From Spirochaetaceae bacterium (GTDB lineage: Bacteria; Spirochaetota; Spirochaetia; DSM-2461): a DNA stretch of 64,000 nt. Position numbers and translations under genes: made by a program. Below, in pieces: positions 31,179 to 40,197 of this stretch (its first letter is position 1; every line of letters starts with the position of its first letter). The stretch covers positions 384,656 to 448,655 of the forward strand of contig JAOPTT010000006.1 in assembly GCA_051531975.1 (NCBI GenBank), read 5' to 3'. Below the pieces are notes generated by a model. The model had not been told where the DNA came from. It saw only the letters and a program-made list of their open reading frames with translations, and searched no databases.

Positions 31179-32630
31179 ATGAGCTGGTCTGACGATGATT
31201 TTAAAGAGATCGATCTAGGTGACAAAAGATTGAATGCAATAATAATCAGGTTATGTGATACTCTCTCCGAATTACCAGAGAGTCCAATAAACCAGGCATG
31301 TGTAGATTAGACTGAGACAAAGGCTACTTATCGTTTATTTCATAACGAAAATGTTGATGCAGACCAAATTATGGCTACTCACCGAAATAAAACTGTAGAA
31401 AGGGCAAGTAAACTAAGTACTGTTCTTGTTATTCAGGATACTAGCTATCTTATTTACACCAGTAATACAAAGACAATAGGATTAGGGACAATATCACTGA
31501 AGAAGGGAGAGAATATCGATAAAATATATTCTCAAGGTCTAGTTATGCATACATGCCTTGCCTTAACTACTTCAGGGACTCCTTTGAGGCTAATCGATCA
31601 GAACATATTTGCTCGACAACTACGTCCAGAAAATCAGCGTCGATCAATGGGAGGAAAGTACATTCAAGATGTTTTACCAGTTGAAAGAAAGGAAAGTTTT
31701 CGTTGGATAAAAGCTTTACAGAAAACGATGAAAACTTCTATTGGTGAGAAGACTGTAACTGTATGTGACAGAGAATGTGATTTTTATGATTTTTTAAAGC
31801 AGCAAAAAACTATTGATACATCAGTTTTGGTACGTGCATTTCAAAATAGGACAATTAATCGGAGCAGTAGATATGCCCAATAAGGTGTACCGAAACTGTG
31901 GGCTTTTATGGAATCTCAACCAGATGCAGGATCATACACTGTAGATATTACTGCAAGAAAGAAGAATAGATACTGCAAAGGTCGAATGGCAAGGAGTGCA
32001 GAAATGCCTGGTATGTTTGCTCCATTTAGAATGAATCCCCACGAAATAATCCCAAGCATAATTCCGAACTACTTCCCGATATCATGATATATGCAATTCA
32101 TGTACTAGAACAGAACCCGCCTGAAGGAGAAAAACCCATAGAATGGATGTTACTTACAAACATACCTGTGACTACCTTGGAAGAGGCATCCGAAAAGGTT
32201 CGCTGGTACTGTTTGCGATGGCGAATAGAGATGTTTTTCAAATTTTAAAAAATCTGGATTTCATGTAGAGGCATACAGATTGGGAACTGCAAACCGTTTA
32301 ATTCGTTATCTAACAGTCATGAGTATTGTAGCATGGAGATTGTTCATGATCACATTGATCGCACGAACTGATCCTTTAATACCATGTTCGGTATTTCTTT
32401 CAGATAGCAAGTGGACGGTATTGGTCCTCAAAGTATTTCGTAATAATATTCTTCCAAAGGAACCACCGACTGTTGCAGATGCTGTTAAATCAATAGCCAT
32501 GCTCGGAGGATATCTGGACAGAAAGAACGATGCTCCACCAGGAATGTTTGTGTTATGGCGAGTTTGGAAGAGATTGATAGATCTAACTGAAGGCTGGAAC
32601 TTAGCATGTAGAATTAATACTTGTGGGTAA
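31179..32630 (+). pseudogene. IS4-family transposase pseudogene
   Basis: MSWSDDDFKEIDLGDKRLN start; in-frame TAG at 31308 and TAA at 31881, later frameshifts; motifs VLVIQDTS, KESFRW, VCDRECD, EWMLLTN, LGGYLDRKNDAPPG. Confidence 0.9.
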
Positions 32631-32637
32631 TAGAATG

Positions 32638-32676
32638 ATCACACCACCCTGCAAGCGGGTCCGCACAGGGTGGTAC
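32638..32676 (-). ncRNA. Group IIC intron domain V-like hairpin, right part of the split remnant
   Basis: Minus strand reads accaccctgtgcggacccgcttgcagggtggtgtg, which joins 30716-30757 once the IS is removed. Confidence 0.7.
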
Positions 32677-32890
32677 TTTTTCATTCCTACTATCTTTAAT
32701 ACCAACAAAAAATACCAGTACAATTATTCTTTTCATCTTGGCTTACTATAAATCTCTATAAAACCCTATCCACTTAAATTCCTCAATAATAAAGCTTGAA
32801 TCACGGGTACTGTTACTATCATTAAAATAAAAGAAGGGACTTCAATGATATTAAGTATTCAGGGATGTATTCAATTCTATCTGGTTTAAA

Positions 32891-33045
32891 AGAGTACATA
32901 CCTTGCGTAAATATAACTAAAGATATGTATACGTAAGATGGTTTGTAGAGTTAATATTTTAATTATCTAGATTACATTATCATTATTAAAATAATAATCT
33001 GTTAGTATAATAATATATATGTAAAACTAGTGATTTGGTATGTTA
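32891..33045 (+). repeat. 155-bp direct repeat, copy 2 (upstream of the TPR-MBL gene)
   Basis: Matches 28559-28713; weaker homology extends upstream (32766-32890 vs 28328-28458). Confidence 0.95.
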
Positions 33046-33094
33046 AATGTACAAAAAAATTAAAATTACGTGAACAAAAGTTTTATCTGATATC

Positions 33095-35350
33095 ATGTGC
33101 GAAATTAAAAGACGAATATTCTGTAGGGAGCATATTTTGAATAAAGAAAATACAATTAAAAAAATAAAAGAATTTTTTTTAACAGAATTAGTTAAGTTAA
33201 ATCGGGATGAAGATAGAATTAAATTATATGATAAAATAATCAAGTTAGCGAAAGATGCTGAATTAGAATCTTATACGCTCTGTTTTGAAGGTTTCAAAGC
33301 CCATTTAAAAAAGGAATATGATAAAGGTATAGAATTTTTTATTCAAACAGTAGCTATTGATGAAACATTTTTATATCCATACATTGGTCTGGGAAATATA
33401 TATTTCGATAAAGAAAGTTATGATGAAGCAATCAATAATTATAATAAAGCAATAAATATAGATAACACAAATGCTACACCAAAGTATAACCTAGGACTAA
33501 TATATACTGAAAAACAAGAATATAACGAAGCGATTAAATACTTCAAAGAATCAATAGATATTGATAATACAAATATATATCAATGGAATGATCTTGGTAA
33601 TGCATATCTAAATATAGAAGACTATACTGAAGCAATTATATGCTATAAGAATTCAATTAAACTAGATGATAAATTCCCATATCCATGGTATGGATTAGGG
33701 AATGTGTATTTAGATTTAAATAATTATAAAGAGTCAATTATATCATTTATGAAAGCAATAGAACTCAATGACAAATTTTCAGATTCATGGTTTGGTGCTG
33801 GAAATGTATATTTTAAAACAAAGCTATATGAGGAATCAATTGAGTATTTTGAAAAGGCAATTGAACTTGATGATAAAGATATATATAAAAATCAAAAAAC
33901 AAATGAATTATTAGAAAAAATTAGAATTTCAACAAAATCAGCAGCTTCTGTTAAAAGTATATCTGAAAATGGTAATAGAATTGGAAGAATACTTGAAAAA
34001 ACAGCCAATATATTTAAATATTCAGAAAATAAGAAAAGTGAGTTCTTAGATTTTATTCAAGAAGAAAAAATTAAATCGACTGATTCAGAATATAATCTAG
34101 AGGTTCTACGTCGCTGGAACTCCTATACTCCTATAGTAGCTAATGACTACCATATTAGTAAAGGAGGAGGTTATTTCATAAAAGCTGGCGGGTATGGTAT
34201 TGTTATTGACCCTGGTTTTAACTTCATAGATAATTTTAAGGGAGCAGGTCATAATTTTAATGAAATTGATGTGGTTATTATATCTCATGCTCACAATGAC
34301 CATACTGCAGATTTGGAATCAATTCTGACTCTTTTATATAAATATAATGATAATATAAAAAAATCGGATGATCCACTAAAAGAGGATACAATCTACAGAA
34401 TCATTGAAAAAAAACAAATAGAAAATAAAGAAGATATAAATAAAGAAATAAGACCTAAGGATATAGAAGATGAGTTCGATAAATCAGGGAGACGCAAGAT
34501 AATTAATATTTTTATGCCTCAGAGTGTATTTAAAAAACATGGAGGTTTGTTTGATCTATTTGAAAGAGCCGACTATCGACCTCGGATTATAGAAAAAGGT
34601 AGAACAGGTATTGAGCTGCTCCCTGATTGTCCTTTAAAAATGGATGTACTGACAGCAAAACACTATGATATTTTATCTGATTATTCATCGGTGGGTATGG
34701 TTTTATATACTGATAATAGCGCTATTGTTTATACAGGAGACACTGGTTGGAGTAATGATATTGAAAAAGAATACAAGGATATTGCTGAAAGTATAAAAGA
34801 CAAAAAATCTGTTCTTATTGCACATTTAGGTGGATTTAAAGAATATGAGAATGAATATGCAAAATATGTCTTGGAAGAAGATTTTTGTAAACAAGAAAAA
34901 TCATATTATAAAAATCACCTAGGTAGAATTGGCGTTGCCAAAGTTGCTGAGATTATAAAACCAACTTTATGTCTAATTTCAGAATTTGGAGAAGAATTTA
35001 AAGGACGTCGTCAGGAGATAGCAGAAATCTACAATGATGCATTTAATATTAAAGATAATACTGAAGATAATATTAATATAAAATTCCTACCAGCAGATAT
35101 TGGACTTATATACCATCTTGAGGATAGTATTACAGATAAAAAAGACAAGGTTAAAGCTATACAAAATATAGATATTGATAATTACAAAACTCCTTTAGTA
35201 GAAGATAATTATGCATTTGTAGATAAGGACAAGATTGAAACTATTCTATTAAGAGATGACTATTCACTTCATTATTACCATAAAGATTTGGTAAAACCAG
35301 AAGAGCTTATCCAGATACTACAAAAAGAATATAGAGATAGTATTAAATAA
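33095..35350 (+). CDS. TPR repeat / metallo-beta-lactamase-fold hydrolase fusion
   Basis: About six TPRs (W.GLGNVY...Y.EAI..Y.KAIELD), then IVIDPG, ISHAHNDH (HxHxDH), YTGDTG, LIAHLG. Confidence 0.9.
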   Translation: MCEIKRRIFCREHILNKENTIKKIKEFFLTELVKLNRDEDRIKLYDKIIKLAKDAELESYTLCFEGFKAHLKKEYDKGIEFFIQTVAIDETFLYPYIGLGNIYFDKESYDEAINNYNKAINIDNTNATPKYNLGLIYTEKQEYNEAIKYFKESIDIDNTNIYQWNDLGNAYLNIEDYTEAIICYKNSIKLDDKFPYPWYGLGNVYLDLNNYKESIISFMKAIELNDKFSDSWFGAGNVYFKTKLYEESIEYFEKAIELDDKDIYKNQKTNELLEKIRISTKSAASVKSISENGNRIGRILEKTANIFKYSENKKSEFLDFIQEEKIKSTDSEYNLEVLRRWNSYTPIVANDYHISKGGGYFIKAGGYGIVIDPGFNFIDNFKGAGHNFNEIDVVIISHAHNDHTADLESILTLLYKYNDNIKKSDDPLKEDTIYRIIEKKQIENKEDINKEIRPKDIEDEFDKSGRRKIINIFMPQSVFKKHGGLFDLFERADYRPRIIEKGRTGIELLPDCPLKMDVLTAKHYDILSDYSSVGMVLYTDNSAIVYTGDTGWSNDIEKEYKDIAESIKDKKSVLIAHLGGFKEYENEYAKYVLEEDFCKQEKSYYKNHLGRIGVAKVAEIIKPTLCLISEFGEEFKGRRQEIAEIYNDAFNIKDNTEDNINIKFLPADIGLIYHLEDSITDKKDKVKAIQNIDIDNYKTPLVEDNYAFVDKDKIETILLRDDYSLHYYHKDLVKPEELIQILQKEYRDSIK

Positions 35351-35440
35351 TATTTGTAATGAATTAAAAGTTATTATATCTTATAATAAACTAGTGTTAA
35401 TAATTAACATTTATTTATGTTAAAAAAGGAGGTAAAGAGT

Positions 35441-35557
35441 ATGGTTTATATAAAGCCCGAAGTTTTGGCAAAAAGTACTATATATATGGCAGAATGCCGT
35501 CCAAATAGTAAGCCAAGTGGAAGACCTTGTAACCCACCAGGTCCAGGTGGAAGATAA
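35441..35557 (+). CDS. Putative RiPP precursor peptide, 38 aa (MVYIKPEVLAKSTIYMAECRPNSKPSGRPCNPPGPGGR), absent from the ORF track
   Basis: Strong AAGGAGGT RBS; YxxP leader motif; two Cys in a Pro/Gly-rich C-terminal half; directly upstream of a radical SAM/SPASM gene. Confidence 0.85.
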   Translation: MVYIKPEVLAKSTIYMAECRPNSKPSGRPCNPPGPGGR

Positions 35558-35565
35558 AAATTTAC

Positions 35566-35600
35566 GGTGACGATTGTAATTTAAATAAACAGTCGTTACC
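35566..35600 (+). promoter_or_regulatory. Stem-loop between precursor and maturase
   Basis: ggtgacgattgt pairs with acagtcgttacc over 12 bp including two G-U pairs. Confidence 0.55.
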
Positions 35601-35620
35601 AACTTACTATGGAGACAATA

Positions 35621-37090
35621 ATGTTTTTCAAACTAAAATCTAATGTTATGTTTAGAAATTATGAATCCTTTGGATATATAACAGATAATAGGAATTTTGG
35701 ATATAAACTAGAAAATACCGAAGATAATAATATTGGAGACAAAATTATTTCTCAAAGTGGATCGTTATTTTATTCAGTATTAGATAAAAAACCACAATCG
35801 TTAGATGAATTAACAGCAAAAATTTATCGCTGCTTTAAAGATATTGACTTTGGAATTATATTGAATGATTCTAAAGAATTTTATTTTATGCTTGAACGTG
35901 ATGGATTTATTATTTCAGGTGAGACACAAGATGAATGTATAAAAAAAGATATCAAATTTTCTTACAAAAAATTAAAACCAGAAATATTAAGAAATGTTTC
36001 GAAATTGATTGAAGTACAACAAGAAAAATTAACACAGGATTTTTTTGAGGAGTATTTTAAAGGAAAACCTCAACTTACAAGTATTCATATGGAAATAATA
36101 AGTAAATGCAATGAAAGATGTATACACTGTTATATCCCTCATGATAAGAAAGTAAATGTTATGGAATCTGATTTATTTTATGATATACTAGAACAATGTA
36201 AGAAAATGAAGCTATTACATATAACTATCACTGGTGGAGAACCAATGATGCATAAGAATTTCTGTAATTTCTTAAGAAAATGTAATGAATATGGTTTCTC
36301 AGTTAATGTTCTAAGTAATTTAACATTACTTAATGAAGAAATAATTACAGAAATTAAGCAAAATCCTCTTTTAGGTGTTCAAGTATCACTATATTCAATG
36401 GATTCAAGTATTCATGATGAAATAACACAAGTGACAGGAAGTTTTGAAAAAACAACAAAATCAATTTTGAAACTCATAGAAAATGATATTCCTCTACAAA
36501 TAAGCTGTCCTATCTTAAAACAAAATAAAAACTGTTATGATAATGTTAGAATGTGGGCACAAAAACATAAAATTCATGTCGGAGCTGATTTTGTTATATT
36601 TGGAAAGTATGATAATAATACAGAAAACCTGAGTAACCGTTTATCAATTGATGAAATAGGAGAAGTAATAACTGAAATATCAAATAAAGATATAAATTAT
36701 TTAGATCAATTAAAAAAAGAAGCTGAAGAAAAAAAAGATATATCAGCTAACGATAAAGTATGTAGTATTTGTCATTCTTCATTATGTATCTCAGAGAATG
36801 GGATTGCGTACCCATGTGCAGGTTGGCAAGGTTATATTTTAGGTAATTTAAATGAAACCTCACTTAATGAGATTTGGACTAATTCAAATAAAATCGAATA
36901 TTTAAGGGGTTTATGTAAAAACGATTTTCATAAATGCCTAAAATGCTCAGACAAAGAATATTGTACTATGTGTATGGTGAGAAATGCAAATGAACATCCA
37001 AATGGTGATCCATTAGTTGTTAATGATTTTTTCTGTAATATAGCTAAACTAAATAAAAAAATAGTACTAGAAAGAAATATACTCATTTAA
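35621..37090 (+). CDS. Radical SAM/SPASM peptide maturase with an N-terminal PqqD/RRE-like domain
   Basis: CNERCIHC (CX3CX2C), TGGEP, SPASM cysteines CSIC...AYPC and CLKC..KEYCTMC...FC; ~100-aa N-terminal extension (D..EF..ML..DGFI); start at the ATG at 35621 with GGAG RBS. Confidence 0.9.
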   Translation: MFFKLKSNVMFRNYESFGYITDNRNFGYKLENTEDNNIGDKIISQSGSLFYSVLDKKPQSLDELTAKIYRCFKDIDFGIILNDSKEFYFMLERDGFIISGETQDECIKKDIKFSYKKLKPEILRNVSKLIEVQQEKLTQDFFEEYFKGKPQLTSIHMEIISKCNERCIHCYIPHDKKVNVMESDLFYDILEQCKKMKLLHITITGGEPMMHKNFCNFLRKCNEYGFSVNVLSNLTLLNEEIITEIKQNPLLGVQVSLYSMDSSIHDEITQVTGSFEKTTKSILKLIENDIPLQISCPILKQNKNCYDNVRMWAQKHKIHVGADFVIFGKYDNNTENLSNRLSIDEIGEVITEISNKDINYLDQLKKEAEEKKDISANDKVCSICHSSLCISENGIAYPCAGWQGYILGNLNETSLNEIWTNSNKIEYLRGLCKNDFHKCLKCSDKEYCTMCMVRNANEHPNGDPLVVNDFFCNIAKLNKKIVLERNILI

Positions 37091-37461
37091 ATAATTCTCA
37101 TAGAATTGGAATAACCCTTAGTATTGACTCAACTATAAATGTCAAGCCATTTTATGTTTCCTACAACGCGGTTCGTTCAGTGACCTCTTTATAGTCGATT
37201 TCAATCCATTGTTTCTACAAAGCAAAGTCATAATTGACAATATAGGGTATTATTTAAAAATTATAGGATTATGCAATAGCAAGAGATTCTTGTAAATAAT
37301 ATTTAATATAAAGCTTTATAGCTCTAAATTTTTCTTAGTAAGTATACATGTACAAACTCCTTAAAGTACAGATTTTTGTCCGCATCTCCATATGGGGAAA
37401 AGCATTTTCCATTTCCAAAGTTTACAGGGTAGTATGAATAACCTGGAAACGGCAAGTCCTT

Positions 37462-37641
37462 TTACTCACCTAATATAAAAAAATAATCCTCCTTCCTTTG
37501 TATCATGCTATAAGAATCTCCACTAAGGGAGAAAACTCTAGCATGGTGTAAAAGTTGATCTAACATGGCCGTTGTCATTATCTCATCATCCATAATTTCA
37601 GACCACTGATCGAATCCTGTATTTGATGTAATAATAATCAA
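37462..37641 (-). pseudogene. istB: IS21-family istB helper ATPase, C-terminal fragment
   Basis: Minus-strand translation LIIITSNTGFDQWSEIMDDEIMTTAMLDQLLHHARVFSLSGDSY matches the IstB C-terminal consensus; no start or Walker A upstream. Confidence 0.8.
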
Positions 37642-37752
37642 TGTTGTGGATATAAATCAGGTCTCCAGAGCTTTATCCTATGAAACTGTTGATTTAGCAA
37701 CTAACAGGGTAAATTGAATATTTATATCCAAGTGCATAATTCTGTAATTTCC

Positions 37753-37860
37753 CAAATATAACTTTAGTTATGTATACGATTGTTGGATTATACAAGTAAT
37801 ATAAATGAATACTAAATATATAACAATCTAGAATATAAAAAGGCATACGATAAACTAGGG
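37753..37860 (+). repeat. Degenerate third copy of the leader repeat (upstream of rmuC)
   Basis: caaatataactttagttatgtatacg (37753-37778) matches 28576-28601 at 23/26; downstream ataacaatct and aaactaggg echo ataataatct and aaactagtg. Confidence 0.6.
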
Positions 37861-38008
37861 ATATAATTTAGGTGAATTATATTTGGGAATTGATTTATAT
37901 GGTAATGGTTATGTAACACACACAAATTTTGTTTTAATAGTTTTCTGTGAGTTGCCTTTCCAGATTGATATGTAGAAAACATCAGAAATTATATTTATTG
38001 GAGTTAAA

Positions 38009-39691
38009 ATGGTTGAAGGAATTATTTATGTTGTTGTAGGTATACTAGTAGGATCTGTGATTGGTTGGTTATCATGCAAATTAATACAGAGTAAATTATA
38101 TTCTAATAAAACAAGCAATGATCTTAATAAAATTCTAGTATTAGAAAAGGAATTATCAACTAACCAGGCTAATTTAATTACAACAAAAGAAGCTCTAGAT
38201 GATCAAATAAAGATTACTAGTGAAAAGCAGATTGAAATTGATTTAATAAAAGAAGATATCGCAGAAATAAGAACTAAAATAACACAAATGAATGCTGAAA
38301 AAGAATACTCAGATAAAAAGTTGAAAGATAATATAAAAGTAAATGAACAACTTGACCAAGAGTATAAATCCAATATTGAGATAATAAATAATGCTAATAT
38401 TATAATCTCAACGAAAGATGGAGAAAATAAAGCATTAAGTTTAGAAATAGAAAATTTAAAAGCTTATTTATTTGATAAAAAGAATGAGATTACAGAGATA
38501 AAAAATGAAATTAAAGAGATTACTAATTCTGCTAATATTCAAAATATTGATCTTGCAGCATCCCTAGCTGAAAATAGTTCGTTAAATGATAAACTCAAGA
38601 ATCAAAAAAAAGAAATTGAAGAAATTGGAACAAAATTTAAACTAGAATTTGAAAATATTGCTTCTAAGATTCTAGAGACAAATACAGAAAAGTTTACAGA
38701 GATAAACAAAACTAATATTAAGGGAATACTAGATCCCCTTTCCACAAATTTAGAACAGTTCAAAAATAAAATTAATGAAACTTACGATAAAGAATCGAAA
38801 GAGCGATTTTCATTAGGTGAAAAAGTAAAAGAATTAGCTAGTTTAAATAAGATAATCAGTGAAGAAGCAAAAAATCTTACAAACGCACTAAAAGGTGACT
38901 CGAAAACTCAAGGACGTTGGGGTGAAATGATTTTAGAAAGTATTTTAGAACGTTCAGGTCTAACCAAGGATCAAGAATATTTTGTAGAATATCAGCTAGA
39001 AGATTCGGAAGGTAATCCCTTAAAGTCTGAATCTGAAAATAAAAAAATGCGTCCAGATGTGGTTATAAAATACCCAGATAATAGATGTATTATAATTGAT
39101 TCAAAGGTTTCACTAAATTCTTTTGTAAGATATATGTCTTCCGATAATTTAGAAGAGCAAAAGAAAGAACTAGATGACCATATAAAAGCTGTAAAAACCC
39201 ATATTATTTCATTGAGTAAAAAGGGTTATGATGATTATGACCAATCATTAGATTTTGTAATGATGTTTATTCCAAATGAACCTGCATATATGGCTGCACT
39301 TAAAGGTGATCCTGATTTGTGGAATTTTGCTTATGATAAAAGAATCCTACTAATAAACCCTACAAATCTAATAATATCATTAAAACTAATAGTTGATTTA
39401 TGGAAGAGAGAATATCAAAATAAGAACGCACAAGACATAGCTGAAAGAGGTGCAAAACTTTACGATAAGTTTGTTGGTTTTTTAACTAACTTTTCAAATA
39501 TTGAAAAATATTTAGATAAATCTAAGGAGGCATATAACTCCTCCTTAAAACAATTAAATACAGGTAACGATAATTTAATAATTCAAACTACAAAATTAAA
39601 AAATCTAGGAATAAAAAACAAAAAATCACTACCAGAAAATTTTATACAAAAAAACGATCAAAATATGTTGATTGATAATAAACAAAATTAA
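38009..39691 (+). CDS. rmuC: RmuC-family protein with N-terminal TM helix and coiled coil
   Basis: LTNALKGDSKTQGRWGEMILE, RPDVVIKYP...IIDSKVSL (PD-(D/E)xK-like), LDFVMMFIPNE. Confidence 0.93.
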   Translation: MVEGIIYVVVGILVGSVIGWLSCKLIQSKLYSNKTSNDLNKILVLEKELSTNQANLITTKEALDDQIKITSEKQIEIDLIKEDIAEIRTKITQMNAEKEYSDKKLKDNIKVNEQLDQEYKSNIEIINNANIIISTKDGENKALSLEIENLKAYLFDKKNEITEIKNEIKEITNSANIQNIDLAASLAENSSLNDKLKNQKKEIEEIGTKFKLEFENIASKILETNTEKFTEINKTNIKGILDPLSTNLEQFKNKINETYDKESKERFSLGEKVKELASLNKIISEEAKNLTNALKGDSKTQGRWGEMILESILERSGLTKDQEYFVEYQLEDSEGNPLKSESENKKMRPDVVIKYPDNRCIIIDSKVSLNSFVRYMSSDNLEEQKKELDDHIKAVKTHIISLSKKGYDDYDQSLDFVMMFIPNEPAYMAALKGDPDLWNFAYDKRILLINPTNLIISLKLIVDLWKREYQNKNAQDIAERGAKLYDKFVGFLTNFSNIEKYLDKSKEAYNSSLKQLNTGNDNLIIQTTKLKNLGIKNKKSLPENFIQKNDQNMLIDNKQN

Positions 39692-39702
39692 TTAGGGGTT
39701 AT

Positions 39703-40173
39703 ATGAAATATATATTACAAGCTAAAAGTAGCTCAGGGAAACCATACAAAGTAGAGATTGGTGAAAGTAATGGTTTAATGACTGCTAAGTGCAGTTGTCC
39801 TGCTGGTGTATGGGGAAAGTTATGTAAACATAAAATGAACCTATTAAAAGGTGATCAGACATTTTTATTTGATATTTCAGAACTAGATACACTAAAAGAA
39901 GTTGAAGTAAAAGTTAGAAATAGTTCCTTGTATGATTTAATTGAAAAAGTTGATATTTCGACTAAGTGCGTGAAAATAATAGAAGCAAAGAAGAAAAAAG
40001 ATCAAAAGAAACTATTAGATAAAATGACAACAAGTAATATTGAACTAGAACTTGATACATTTAAATTAGCGTATTCAGATATTGCTGAATTAGAGATAGA
40101 ACTTGCTTTTAATAAATATGTTGTTTCACGTTATAAATCAGATGTTGAGACTAAATTTAAAGTAGGTTTTTAA
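39703..40173 (+). CDS. SWIM zinc-finger protein
   Basis: SSSGKPYKV...CSCPAG...LCKH (CxC-xn-CxH). Confidence 0.85.
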   Translation: MKYILQAKSSSGKPYKVEIGESNGLMTAKCSCPAGVWGKLCKHKMNLLKGDQTFLFDISELDTLKEVEVKVRNSSLYDLIEKVDISTKCVKIIEAKKKKDQKKLLDKMTTSNIELELDTFKLAYSDIAELEIELAFNKYVVSRYKSDVETKFKVGF

Positions 40174-40197
40174 TTTATTGGAATAGAGGATTATAAT

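Larger units (their letters stand above)
30758..32637 (+). mobile_element. IS4-family (IS50/Tn5-like) insertion sequence, decayed
   Basis: Perfect 17-bp terminal IRs cattctattacccacaa (30758-30774) and ttgtgggtaatagaatg (32621-32637); flanking direct repeat cccacaccac/atcacaccac; transposase remnants inside. Confidence 0.9.

Noticed and set aside
33021..33048. dif/Xer site suggested by gtatgttaaat
   Set aside because: Only a XerD-like arm is present; there is no XerC arm at the right spacing and copy 1 diverges at this point.
35420..35602. 60-aa minus-strand ORF from the track
   Set aside because: It is antisense to the precursor ORF, which has a far better RBS and gene context; treated as a shadow ORF.
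28141..37860. CRISPR array or retron/DGR interpretation of the repeats
   Set aside because: No regularly spaced short repeats, no cas or reverse transcriptase gene, and mismatches between copies are not adenine-specific.
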